DNA of 64,000 bases, taken from the NCBI GenBank assembly GCA_038087875.1, contig CM075995.1:6016001-6080000 (forward strand), given 5' to 3'. This DNA comes from Malacoraja senta (lineage: Eukaryota). This document shows, in pieces, positions 40,905 to 51,844 of the stretch. Every line of letters starts with the position of its first letter. Position 1 is the first letter of the stretch. The notes beneath the pieces are model-generated. The model ran no database searches. It saw only the letters and a program-made list of their open reading frames with translations, and had not been told where the DNA came from. The position numbers and the translations under genes are program-made.

Positions 40905-41361
40905 TTAGGCCAAAGGAATAACATGTGAAGACCATTTGAAGGCACTGGGCCTGTACTGGCTGGAGTTTAGACGGATGAGGGGACGCCTCATTGAAACTTA
41001 CCGAATAGTGAAAGGCCTGGATAGAGTGAATGTGGAGAGGATGTTTCCACTAGTGGGAGATTCTAGGACCAGCGGCCATAGCCATGGGGAAAATAGGACA
41101 TACCTTTAGAAAGTTAAGGAAGAATTTCTTTAGGCAGAGGGTGGTGAATTCAGAGGCTGTGGAATTCATTGCCACAGACGACGATGGAGGCCTTGTCAAT
41201 GGATATTTGTACGGCGAAGATTGGCAGATTCTTGATTAGCAAGAGTTATGGGGAGAAGGCAGGAGAATGGGAATGAGAGGGAAAGATATATCAGCTATGA
41301 TTGAATGGCAGAGTAGACTTGATGGGCTTAATGGCCTAATTCTGCTCCTAGAACTTATGAA
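40905..41361 (+). mobile_element. CR1 3' fragment ending about 35 bp before the exon 6 acceptor
   Basis: Same subfamily as 33630-34210. Confidence 0.8.
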
Positions 41362-41396
41362 TAATATTTGCTTCCTTAAAATGTAAATGTTCACAG

Positions 41397-41495
41397 CTTA
41401 CAGCACCTTCTACATTGTTGGCTTGATCTTATCAATGCAAGTGCCATTTGTGGGGTTTCAACCAATCCGAACGAGTGAACACATGGCGGCAGCAG
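41397..41495 (+). CDS. STT3B: STT3B coding exon (ortholog of exon 6), 99 bp
   Basis: cacAG|CT..GCAG|GTaag; [32 protein letters not shown]. Confidence 0.95.
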
Positions 41496-42887
41496 GTAAG
41501 TGACCTCATTTTAAAGTGCAGAACAACTTGGCTCTGAATTCTGCAATCCTAGGCTGCAAGCCATTCAACCCTACAGTATGAATGCCATAAATCCCAGTTA
41601 GTCATGCTGTCACTTGCTCTTTCCTCCTTTGGCTATATTAATTAATTCTTCAGAAAAGCATTCAGCAAAATAAATCCAGAAAGTAGCAGCTGAAAATTCA
41701 AAATGTTTATCTTATTAAAGATGCAGCAAATCCAGGATGTTTGCCTTATGCTGTGCTTTCAAGGTGGATTTGGTACAATATGTCAGAGGTGAAGTCTTAG
41801 CAACCACAGTTCTGACATAATTATTTCTAAGCAGCTAAGTGATTTTTGAATTGGTTTTCTATGTTAAGTGGACATTGTTAAATTGTCCAAATGCCAGTAT
41901 TTACTCTAAACACCCTGTTAATGCCCTCTTTATATATAACTTAAAACCTGAGTAAGATGTTGAGTTTCCAGAATGAAAATTATGTCATTTTGCCTGCACT
42001 TGCTAATAATTTTATTTTACATAGAATTAAGTGTGGCAACTAAATACTATTGAATGCAACCATTTTAAGGGCTACTTTGCCATTAAAGTAGTAACTCCTA
42101 CACCCACCCCCAAGGCCCAAGTTCCAGAAAAGAGCTAGGAAATGGTCTAAAATTTCCCATTAAAACCCAACACCACCATGTGGAAATGCCAAACTTGTCC
42201 CTCGTAACATTACATAGGTTTGGGACCATCGCACAACAGGGTGGAAATGCAGAGTTGCACATTGCCACTGGCAACCCACTGCACTTCAACGTTGTAGTTA
42301 CTGGTGTGAATTAACTCTGTCTGTTCCATTGGAGATTGCTTTGGTCAACCAAGCACAACTTTGTTATAATGACAAAGATAGACACAAAAAGTTGGAGTAG
42401 CTCAACGGGACAGGCAGCATCACTGGAGAGAAGGAGTGGATGACGTTTCGGGAATGGCCCCTAGATTAATATTGTTAAGTGCCACTCATGTTATAGTGAC
42501 ACAAATACTGTAGGCAGTTAAAATTCCGCTTTTATCAGTTTGTTACGAAATACACAAGTTTACAAATTGAGTTCAATTTTAATGATTAAAATAATATTAA
42601 TACAAGCTATCCCATGCTTCCCTCACTACATCTCCATTATTCCACCTTCTCATGCTCTTCTAAGATGCACTCAAGTCTCCCTCTGATCAGAATGAGTGCA
42701 ATCAAACCTTAACAAGAAGGCGACCGTGATCTCATGTGCAGTACACCAGTTTCACAGTACTGGGATCCCTTCCTAATTGGGTTTGTCTTTAATAGTCATT
42801 TCCCTAATCGATCAACACGGGGGGGGGTGTTAACCAGCTTAGCAAGGAATATAATATTATTGAAATGAAGCTTCGTCAAAATAAATG

Positions 42888-43028
42888 TGTAGGAAGGAAC
42901 TGCAGATGCTGGTTTAAACCAAAGACTTAGTCTGAAGAAGGGTCTCGACCTGAAACGTCATCCATTCCTTCTCTCAAGAGATGCTGCCTGTCCTGCTGAG
43001 TTACTCCATCATTTTGTGTCTATCTTTG
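42888..43028 (+). mobile_element. 141-bp PLE-LTR mini-element carrying an intact minimal hammerhead core
   Basis: 13-bp TSD GTCAAAATAAATG at 42875-42887 and 43029-43041; inverted 5' part followed by a sense part. Confidence 0.8.
42928..42965 (+). ncRNA. Putative minimal type I hammerhead ribozyme
   Basis: CTGAAGA (42932) - A - GGGTC/tc/GACCT stem II - GAAAC - GTC; stem I is weak, so activity is unproven. Confidence 0.55.
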
Positions 43029-43166
43029 GTCAAAATAAATGCTGAATGTCTTGGGCCATGGGTTGAGAAACTAATTGAACAATGTTACGGGCTTTATTTT
43101 TTAACATGTTTGTACCTCTTCTTTGGGAGTGTAGATCATTTCACCCTCTTGTTCTCTTGCAATCAG

Positions 43167-43313
43167 GTGTATTTGCCCTGCTCCAGGCCTATGCCTTCTT
43201 GCAATATTTGAGAGACAGGCTGACAAAGCAGGAGTTCCAGACATTGTTTTTCTTGGGAGTGTCTCTTGCAGCTGGAGTGGTGCTTCTAAGTGTTATTTAC
43301 TTAACTTATACAG
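43167..43313 (+). CDS. STT3B: STT3B coding exon (ortholog of exon 7), 147 bp
   Basis: atcAG|GT..ACAG|GTgag; VFALLQAYAFLQYLRDRLTKQEFQTLFFLGVSLAAG..TYT. Confidence 0.96.
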
Positions 43314-43419
43314 GTGAGTCCATGTACGCGGCGTTATTGTACCACCTATGTGTTCCTACCCCCACCTCTCTCTCTAGTTGCCTGATCATATACAAAAGTA
43401 GGACAACTTGGTTTTCATT

Positions 43420-43702
43420 TGTGCGGCACGCTTGCGCAGCGGTACAGTTGCTGCTTTACAGCACCAGAGTCCCGGGTTCGATCCTGACTACAGGTGCTGT
43501 CTATACCGAGTTTGTATATTCTCTCCGTGACCTGCATGGGTTTTCCCCGGGAACTCTGGTTTCCTCCCACATTCCAAGGTTTGTAGGTTAATTGGCTTGG
43601 TAAAATTATAAATTGTCCCTCGTGTGTGTAGTGTTAATGTGCAGGGATTGCTGGACAGCGCGTACTCAGTGGGCCTGATTCCATGCTGTATCCCTAAACT
43701 AC
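43420..43702 (+). mobile_element. V-SINE copy
   Basis: B box GGTTCGATCC, V-domain, CR1-like tail. Confidence 0.8.
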
Positions 43703-43771
43703 ATTAAAAAAAATATATATGAGAGGTACCTAATTCTTTAGTGCAGCAAAGCATTTTGCTATCTTGGTGGT

Positions 43772-43958
43772 TTAAGAAGGAACTGCAGATGCTGGAAAAA
43801 TCTAAGGCAGACAAAAATGCTGGAGAAACTCAACGGGTGAGGCAGCATCTATGGAGCGAAGGAATAGGTGACATTTCGGGTCAAGACCCTGAAGAAGTAT
43901 CTATGGACCCATGGACTATGGCCTCACCCGCTGAGTTTCTCCAGCATTTTTGTCTCCC
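43772..43958 (-). mobile_element. Fold-back PLE-LTR mini-element
   Basis: 15-bp TSD TGCTATCTTGGTGGT at 43757-43771 and 43959-43973. Confidence 0.8.
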
Positions 43959-44504
43959 TGCTATCTTGGTGGTGATGCCTTATCATGACTTTCAAAATAA
44001 GGTTCTTGAATTTATATGTTTCTGATGAATACGATATTTTATCAATAACCATCACTACACAAATCCTTCACTTGTTATCCTGTCCTTGTCCTCTTTGTTG
44101 CTGAAATAATTTTCAAAAAACAATCGTGAGAGTCAACTTTAAAAACATAGAAGTGAAATATAATTGAAAGAATGAATAATATGGTTTTTTTTTAAAGCTT
44201 GAAGGAAGATATCCTGGCTTTAGGAACAGCTGGTTAAAGAAGATTACTTTTATATCCATTGATTATTGCATTTCTGATTTATCATTTTGTAAAAAGCATG
44301 ATAACAGATTAAATCAGTGGAGGCAGTAGGGGAAATTCTGTTGTAAGCAGATTGAACTCACATTGTTATTAGGATGCAGCTTCAGTATTTCAGACAGTAA
44401 CAGTGTCTCTGCTTACAACCGTCACTGATTACAGGCAGCTAAGATAAAGTCACTGACATTTCAAAGAAGAAAATAATAATTTGGACATTTTGAAATCATT
44501 TTTC

Positions 44505-45646
44505 AATAGACAATAGGTGCAGGATTAGGCCATTTGGCCCCTGGAGCCAGCACCGCCATTCAATGTGATCATGGCTGATCATCCACAATCAGTAGATTGT
44601 TCCTGCCTTCTCCCCATATCCTTTGACTCCGCTATCTTTAAGAGCTGTGTCTGGATCTCTCTTGAAAGCATCCAGAACCAGCCTCCATCGCCATCTGAGG
44701 CAGAGAATTCCACAGACTCACAACTCTCTGTGTGAAAAAGTTTTTCCTCATATCCGTTCTAAATGGCTTACCCCTTATTCTTAAACTGTGGCCTCTGGTT
44801 CTGGACTCCCCCAACATCGGGAACATGTTTCCTATCTCTAGCGTGTCCAAACCATTAATAATCTTATATGTTTCAATGAGATCCCCTCTCATCCTTCTAA
44901 ATTCCAGAGTATATAAGCCCAGCCGCTCCATTCTATCAACATGTGACAGTCCTGCCATCCCTGGAATTAACCTGGTGAACCTATGCTGCACTCCCTCAAT
45001 AGCAAGAATGTCCTTCCTCAAATTGGGAGACCAAAACTGCACACAATACTCCAGGTGTGGTCTCACTAGGGCCCTGTACAACTGCAGAAGGACCTCTTTG
45101 CTCCGATACTCAATTCCTCTTGTTATGAAGGCCAACGTGCCATTTGCTTTCTTCACTGCCTGCACGCTTACTTTCAGTGACTGATGAACAAGGACCCCCA
45201 GATCCCATTGTACTTCCCCCTTTCCCAACTTGACTCCATTTAGATAATAATCTGCCTTCCTGTTTTTGCCACCAAAATGGATAACCTCACATTTATCCAC
45301 ATTAAACTGCATCTGCAATGCATCTGCCCACTCACCCAACCTGTCCAAGACCCTGCATCCTCATAGCATCCTCTTCACAGTTCACACTGCCACCCAGCTT
45401 TGTGTCATCTGCAAATTTGCAAATGTTACTTTTAGTCCCTTCATCTAAATCATGAATGTATATTGTAAATAGCTACGGTCCCAGCACCGAGCCTTACGGT
45501 ACCCCACTAGTCACTGCCTGCCATTCTGAAAGGGACCTGTTAATCCCTACTAAATCCCTACTCTTTGTTTCCTGTCTGCCAACCAATTTTCTATCCATGT
45601 CAACTCCCTACCCCCAATACCATGTGCTCTCATTTTGCCCAATAAT
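44505..45646 (-). mobile_element. CR1 RT/3' fragment; host of the DIRS insertion (continues at 51051)
   Basis: 236-aa ORF 44638-45348; ..TTTTGCCCAATAAT|CTCCTAT..CCTTATCAAA rejoins across the DIRS. Confidence 0.9.
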
Positions 45647-47010
45647 AGTAAGATTAAATGCGAACTTACCAGTTTGAAGTTTGATCTTTATTTTATGAGG
45701 AGTTACGATGAGCGATTATGTGAAGAAGGCCGTCAGCACGCATGCGCGTTAATCTTCAAAGCAGCGGTGTGAAATCACAGATAACAGTTGTTGAACTAAC
45801 ATAGTAAGATTAAAGATGACTAGAACTTCCAGAAGATCTTTATGTTACGAGGGTTGGGAGCGGTGGGCACGTAATCGCTCATCGTAACTCCTCATAAAAT
45901 AAAGATCAAACTTCAAACTGGTAAGTTCTCGTTTAATCTTACTATTTTACTTCGGAGTCACGTGAGTGACTACGTGAAGATTTTGAAGCTCTGTGATTTC
46001 ATGCTGTGGAAAACGAGTCCACACAAGCACAACTGCATAAATTGACCACAGATAAAGGAAACATTCATAATGCATACAGACATGACATAGATTTAAAACA
46101 TGCTGATGCTGATAAATGAACAAATAATAATAATAAAAGTAACCCCTCTCATCTGAGGGGGAAACTATGAAATAGAACCTAAACTAGAGTTGGCAAATAC
46201 CCCTGGTCTGGCAATGGGTTAAAATAAAATGTTTGGAAACCTCGTACGTTAGACCATCCTGCAGTCGGCAGGACGTGGTCCAGAGGACCGTATATAACCC
46301 TTGCTGCTGATGTAGTGAGATTAGAAATTAGTATCTACTCCTGTATGAGCCAGAACCCCGATTTAACCACCTGGAGGTGGTCTAAACTGATACCTTCTTA
46401 TGAGGTTATTAGTAACTAACTACATAGGTAGTATGAGAGCCTCTAAGGCTCTAGGTGACCTTGACGTAATGTTGTAAACGTGTGACCACACATAACCGAA
46501 GGTGCATGGGGTATGCCATGAGAACTAGTTTAAGACCTGACACCTCTGGGCTACCCTGCGTAAATAAATCGTAAAAATGAAATATTATATAAGTAGGTAT
46601 AACCATCCTGTCCAGTCGCAATTTATGTAATGACTGGACCCGTTGTGCTGAGAACAGCAGCAATGGGATACCTTATGAGCCCCGAGCCCAAGGTAGGGAT
46701 ATAGCTAGAGCCCCCTGGCGAAGCAGTGTCAACACAATGTCAATATCCCATACTCCGTGTACTTGGGTCTGGGAGAACATGTAAAGATATCCTTAATAAA
46801 CTAGAATCAGAGGGAGAGACCCGACAGAGCTGGGCCCGCTCGCTGCAGCATATATGATGAGAAAGCACGTTAAGCACAGTTAATGGGGCTATAACTTAAT
46901 TTATTGTCAAGGGCCCATAGAAAATGAACTCTAAGACGTCAGTGTCCGTGCTGTATTATATGTAACATAACATTTAAGCAGAACGCTTCCCATCTCCTGA
47001 AGAGGAAATG

Positions 47011-47735
47011 TAATAATAATAATAGATTTTATTTATATAGCGCTTTTCAGGACTCAAAGTCGCTTTACATTCAGAGTCCAGAATAAACAAAACAAAATAG
47101 AGCAGTAAGACAGAGATGCAAAGGGGAGGGGAACATGGGACTAAGGGTATGCAGAGGTGAAGAGATGGGTCTTGAGGCGGGACTGGAAGATGGTGAGGGA
47201 CTCAGAATTTCGGACCAGTTGTGGGAGGGAATTCCAGAGCCTGGGAGCTGCCCTGGAGAAGGCTCTGTCTCCAAAAGTGCAGAGGTTTGATTTCGGAGTG
47301 GAGAGGAGACCAGCTGATGTGGATCTGAGGGACCGTGAGGGTTGGTAGGGGGAGAGGAGGTCAGTGAGATAAGGGGGGGCCAAGTTGTTGAGGGCTTTGT
47401 AGGTGAGGACCAGGGTTTTGTAGGTGATCCGGTGGGAAATGGGAAGCCAGTGAAGTTCTTTGAGAACTGGGGTGATGTGGTGCCAGGATTTGGTCTGGGT
47501 AATGAGTCGAGCGGCTGCATTCTGGACCAGTTGGAGTCGGTTAATGCTGCTGGAATTAATTCCAAAGAGAAGAGAGTTACAGTACTCCAGTCGGGAGGAG
47601 ATGAAGGCATGGATGAGTTTCAGCAGCGGGGGGTGTGAGAGAGGATCTGATTTTGGCAATGTTGTGGAGGTGAAAAAATGATGTTTTGACAACATGGCGG
47701 ATGTGAGGCTCAAGGGAGAGGGTTGAGTCAAAGAT
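47011..47735 (-). mobile_element. L2 LINE 3' fragment nested in the DIRS YR region
   Basis: HAFISSRLEYCNSLL..QNAAARL..HITPVLKELHWLP..GDRAFS; (TAT)n tail. Confidence 0.92.
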
Positions 47736-49239
47736 CTGCACCCTGCACCTGCACCTGCACTCTGCAGTGAGCACATACATGGATTGGTCTGACAACCCAA
47801 GCCGCAGGAGCTGTCTTCTCAGATTCTGTAAGGCAATGAATTGATTAATCATACAGAGGCTGGTTCCCCGAGTCCCAGTCTGTACCAGCAAGTTTTATGT
47901 TTAGAAACCCCATATAAGGTTCTACTATAATTCCCAACATTTGCAGGAAACCAGGGCTACATAGGCCAGTCAGACAGTACGAAAACCCTAAAGCGGGATC
48001 TTGCTGAATATTGCAAGACCCGACTGATGAGGTAAAATGGAGCAACGCCACAAAAGAACATTCCTCCATCGTGTAGCAAGAATGTATCTCTTGCCACATG
48101 TCTTTACAACCTGGTGAATGAGGCTGGATGCAAACATATCGATATTTGGTGTTCCATCGAGGCATAATGTCATAAAATACTAGTGATGCAACATCCATTC
48201 TGTGTTGTCATTGATTTACATGATGATACACCAGTGCCAAATAAAGTTGGGTAAATTATGACAGGATACTTTGACTTCATAGCACCCATGTGACCAACAT
48301 AAGCCACCAGCACAGTGTATCAACCTGGAATTGAGCATGCAGATCATGCATATCCGCACAACAAACCTTTTAACCCATAGTATGCACCTAGTGTCTATAG
48401 GTAGTTGATACCAATAACTGAAGAATTGGTAATTCAGGCAAATCCCATCCCTCCATAACTAGAGATGGCATTTGTAATTTCCCATCTTTAAGCACTAGCA
48501 TCAGTCTGTAAATACAACTGAAGATTATTGACCAAAACTGCTGGAGCAGTGCTGAATATTGTTCATCCACCATAGTGACCCTGATGGCTTCAGCTGCTAA
48601 TAGCATAGGTCTGTAACAATGAGTTAACTGGCACTTAAGAGATTACTACTTTGCACATTGTAAGTTCTGATAATGCAAAGACCCAATTGCATAGCTGAAA
48701 CACAGCTGTTAAATGCCAATTACATTTAATGAATAGAAGACTGCTTGATAACAAGATTGTTACAGGCTTCTATTGATTCCAATCTCTTACCCCAGAGCGG
48801 AGTCACAGATAAATAATAGTTAAAGGTACAACCGAAAACAATAGCTGTAGTTGATATCAACCTAAATTTACCTCAATCTCAAATATAGTTGCGGCTGAAA
48901 AACAGTTGATTTTAGCAAAACACAGCATTAAGAATCTCATCCAGTTAAGGCATAACAAGTGTTTTTTGAGCTCTGAGCAGTCCCAGCACCAGTTTAGTAA
49001 ATTGGTAGATGAGCTGGGAGCTGAAATTAGCCCATTTACAATGCATTAACTGTTATCATGCCCCATCCAGTTAATTCCATACTATGCATCTTTGAAATCG
49101 ATGCATGCCATAAAGATCTTTAAAGAAATCAGTTTGTTAGACAATAACGAAGTAGCATATACTGAAAATCTATGTTGCAAATGTGAGTTTAAATCAATTA
49201 TGAACCGACATCCTCCATCTTTTACAATAAAACAGGCAA

Positions 49240-49582
49240 TGCCTGCCATAATTCCGTGCCTGCCTTAAATCACAACTCTGGCCAGATTCTCGAGCCTGTC
49301 TCGGGAGGTGATCCTGACCATAATACTGAGGCTGCCTTGAAAGACAACTCTGGCCACAATACTGGGTCTGCCTTGAAAGGCTACTCCGGCCATAATTCTG
49401 AGCCTGCGTAGAAAGACAACTCTGGCCAATTCCCGAGCTTGTCTCGGAAGACAATCCTGGCCGTAATACTGCGCCTGCCTCGAAAGACAACTCTGGCCAT
49501 AATTCCGAGCTTGCTCCGTAAGGCAATCCTGGCCATAACACTGAGCCTGCCTCGAAAGACAATTCTGGCTCCAAATCCAAGC
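49240..49582. repeat. 36-bp minisatellite, about 9.5 diverged units, inside the DIRS
   Basis: Consensus approximately CTGGCCATAATACTGAGCCTGCCTCGAAAGACAACT; 12-aa periodicity in the - strand ORFs. Confidence 0.9.
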
Positions 49583-51074
49583 CAAGCTTGGTACCCTTGT
49601 ACTGTGCAATAACAACCCAATCTCATTATCATTTGTACAAAAACCAATTGTAAATATTACCCTTGTAAATGGTCTACTTACCCCATGTTTCGGAAGAACC
49701 AGGCCCACCTACCTCCATGGTTACCGGTGGTCTATGGTAAGCCCAACGGCTCCTGATGTGGGTTCTATTCCCGTCCTTGATTGGAGAGTAGGAATGGTAG
49801 TGTATGTGGATTCCATTTCCTGAGACTGGCTTGGACTTTGGCCTCTGCGCAGCTTTCAAGCTGCCACCAGCTTCAGTGAACTGCTTACTGCCCATGAGGC
49901 ATGGGGTGTGTCGTCGCCGATACGATGAAGCTTTGTTTGTTGTTGGTACCTTAATCAACCCGACATCTTTAGCTTCCTCATCCAGGTATACCTGTTGGAT
50001 AAGTCTTACCTGAAGAGAAGATTCGGCGGCTGGTTTCATTTCCTCCAATGTCACCCCTGATAGCGCTGTTCACTGCCGGCACTTGTAGCGTGAGGGGAAA
50101 CTCTGGCCCCTTCCGGGTTTTCTGCCCACAGCAGTAACCCTTTCATATGCGAGTATTTCCTTAGAGCCATATGCACGTGCCCCAGTATGTTCCACGGACA
50201 TACTTTGAATTTGAAGTCAGTTACATACTGACCACTCGCACTCCCCTCCACAGAGAGGGAGATTCGTAGGCAGCCCTGAGAACAGGTGCTGCTGCAGGCC
50301 TCTGAGGATACCTGCATCTGACTCAGTATAAAACTGGCCTCTTACGCTCCCCTCCTCAGAGAGGGAGACATCAAGCAGCCCTGACACAGGTGCCGCTGCC
50401 GCGGGTTCTCCATAATACCCGGGCTCAGATAGCTCCCTTCTACGGAGCACATCTCTTTGGAGCAACCTCTCTCTAGATGGATCAGTCTTCGAAACACACT
50501 GCCCATAGAAGGAGGACAGTCCTCCTGGCCCAACTCCAGGCCCTGGTCCTCCTGGCCCTGGTCCAGGGCCCTGACAGACTTTTAGTGGCTTTTTCTCCCC
50601 TGCGGGGTAGCCAAGGTGCTCACTGCCGGCACCAAGTCTGTAGCCGCTGGCTCTACCGCCTGTGACTCGAAAAAGGAGAATTTTGACCGCTATCCGCACT
50701 TCCGCGGTATCCGTAGCGGGTTCCCCACGGTCCGTGACTGGGCTTTCCCGAGGTCGTGACCGGGATTCCCTGTCGTCAGTGACTGGGCTCCCTGCGGTCC
50801 TAAAGGTCCCCCCGCGGCCCGTCCGGACTTCGCCCCGAATCCAGCAGGCAAGCTCTGCAAGGAGCTTCCTGCAACACAAAACACAAATCCAAGAAATTAA
50901 GTTTGAAACTTACCTTTAGGTTTAAACTAACCGCTGGCAGGCTACAGCGCGCCCACCAGTCCGGCGTTGCGCAATGCATCAGACGAATTGACGCGCATGC
51001 GTGCTAACGGCCTTCTTCACGTAGTCACTCACGTGACTCCGAAGTAAAATCTCCTATTTTGGCCTTATCAAATG

Positions 51075-51400
51075 CACACAATACTCCAAATGTGACTAAA
51101 CTAAAGTTTGATACAGCTGTAACATAATTTCCTAATTTTTATACTCAATGGCCCACCGATGAAGGCAAGCATGCCATGTGCCTTCTTTGCCATCCTAATC
51201 ACTTGTGCGGGGAGCTGTGGACTTGCACCTCAGGATCACTCTATAAATCATTGCTTCTGAAATTGCCTGCCATTTACTGTAAACTTTCCTCATGCATTTG
51301 ACATCTGAAAAAGCAACACCTCATATTTGTGTCAACCTCCATCTGCCATTTCTCCACCCAAACTTTCAACTGTTTGATATCCTACCTCGTTACCTGCAAC
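51075..51400 (-). mobile_element. Old CR1 fragment
   Basis: Similarity to - strand CR1 at 37373-37535 and 58820-59070. Confidence 0.6.
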
Positions 51401-51844
51401 TTCACCAATTTATTATTATTTGAAGTGTTGAAAGGTATAAAGCAATGTGTTAGATGATAGAGGAGGACTCAAGCTGAAGTAAATTTCAAGAAGCCGTTTC
51501 CCTGTAGGATTTGTGGATGTGGAATGTAAATCTTGTAAAGACCTAAGCAAATATCTGGGAATCAGATTTATGAATAAATATAAATCTGGGAGAAGGTTTC
51601 TTTCATTCTGAGGTAAGAGTGTTTGTGTGGATAAGGTTGACTAAATATTGAGCAGTTTCAGAGATTTACTGAGGTCAAGAGGAGGTCTTGGAGAAACTTT
51701 ATCTGGAAAGGATTTGTACCAATTAAGTTGTTCATCATTAGAAGGAACAGATATTTCTTATTTTATATTTGTTACTGCTCTTGAACGCCCAGTGACTTAT
51801 GCCACCACTCTTTCTCTGATGGTAAATGTTTGGAGTTATAGGTA

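Larger units (their letters stand above)
45647..51050 (-). mobile_element. DIRS1-type tyrosine-recombinase retrotransposon, both termini intact, ORFs decayed
   Basis: ITRs at about 45719-45749 and 50990-51022; ICR 45868-45980 joining both termini; remnants of RT (FMACIDFKDA), RNase H (TDAS), MT-like (PNIDMFAS) and YR (SAQRVQSLH; AGWSN..FQTFY). Confidence 0.9.

Noticed and set aside
41371..41396. TTCCTTAA before exon 6 as a U12 branch point
   Set aside because: The intron 5 donor is GTCAGT, not GTATCCTT/ATATCCTT; the nearby GTATCCTA at about 30765 is imperfect and not at the exon end.
49240..49582. 36-bp repeats as a CRISPR array
   Set aside because: Units are contiguous and diverged with no unique spacers, there are no cas genes, and the context is a vertebrate intron.
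50217..50919. 220-aa GC-rich ORF as a host gene
   Set aside because: It falls in the DIRS 5'/gag-like region, is low in complexity and has no splice context.
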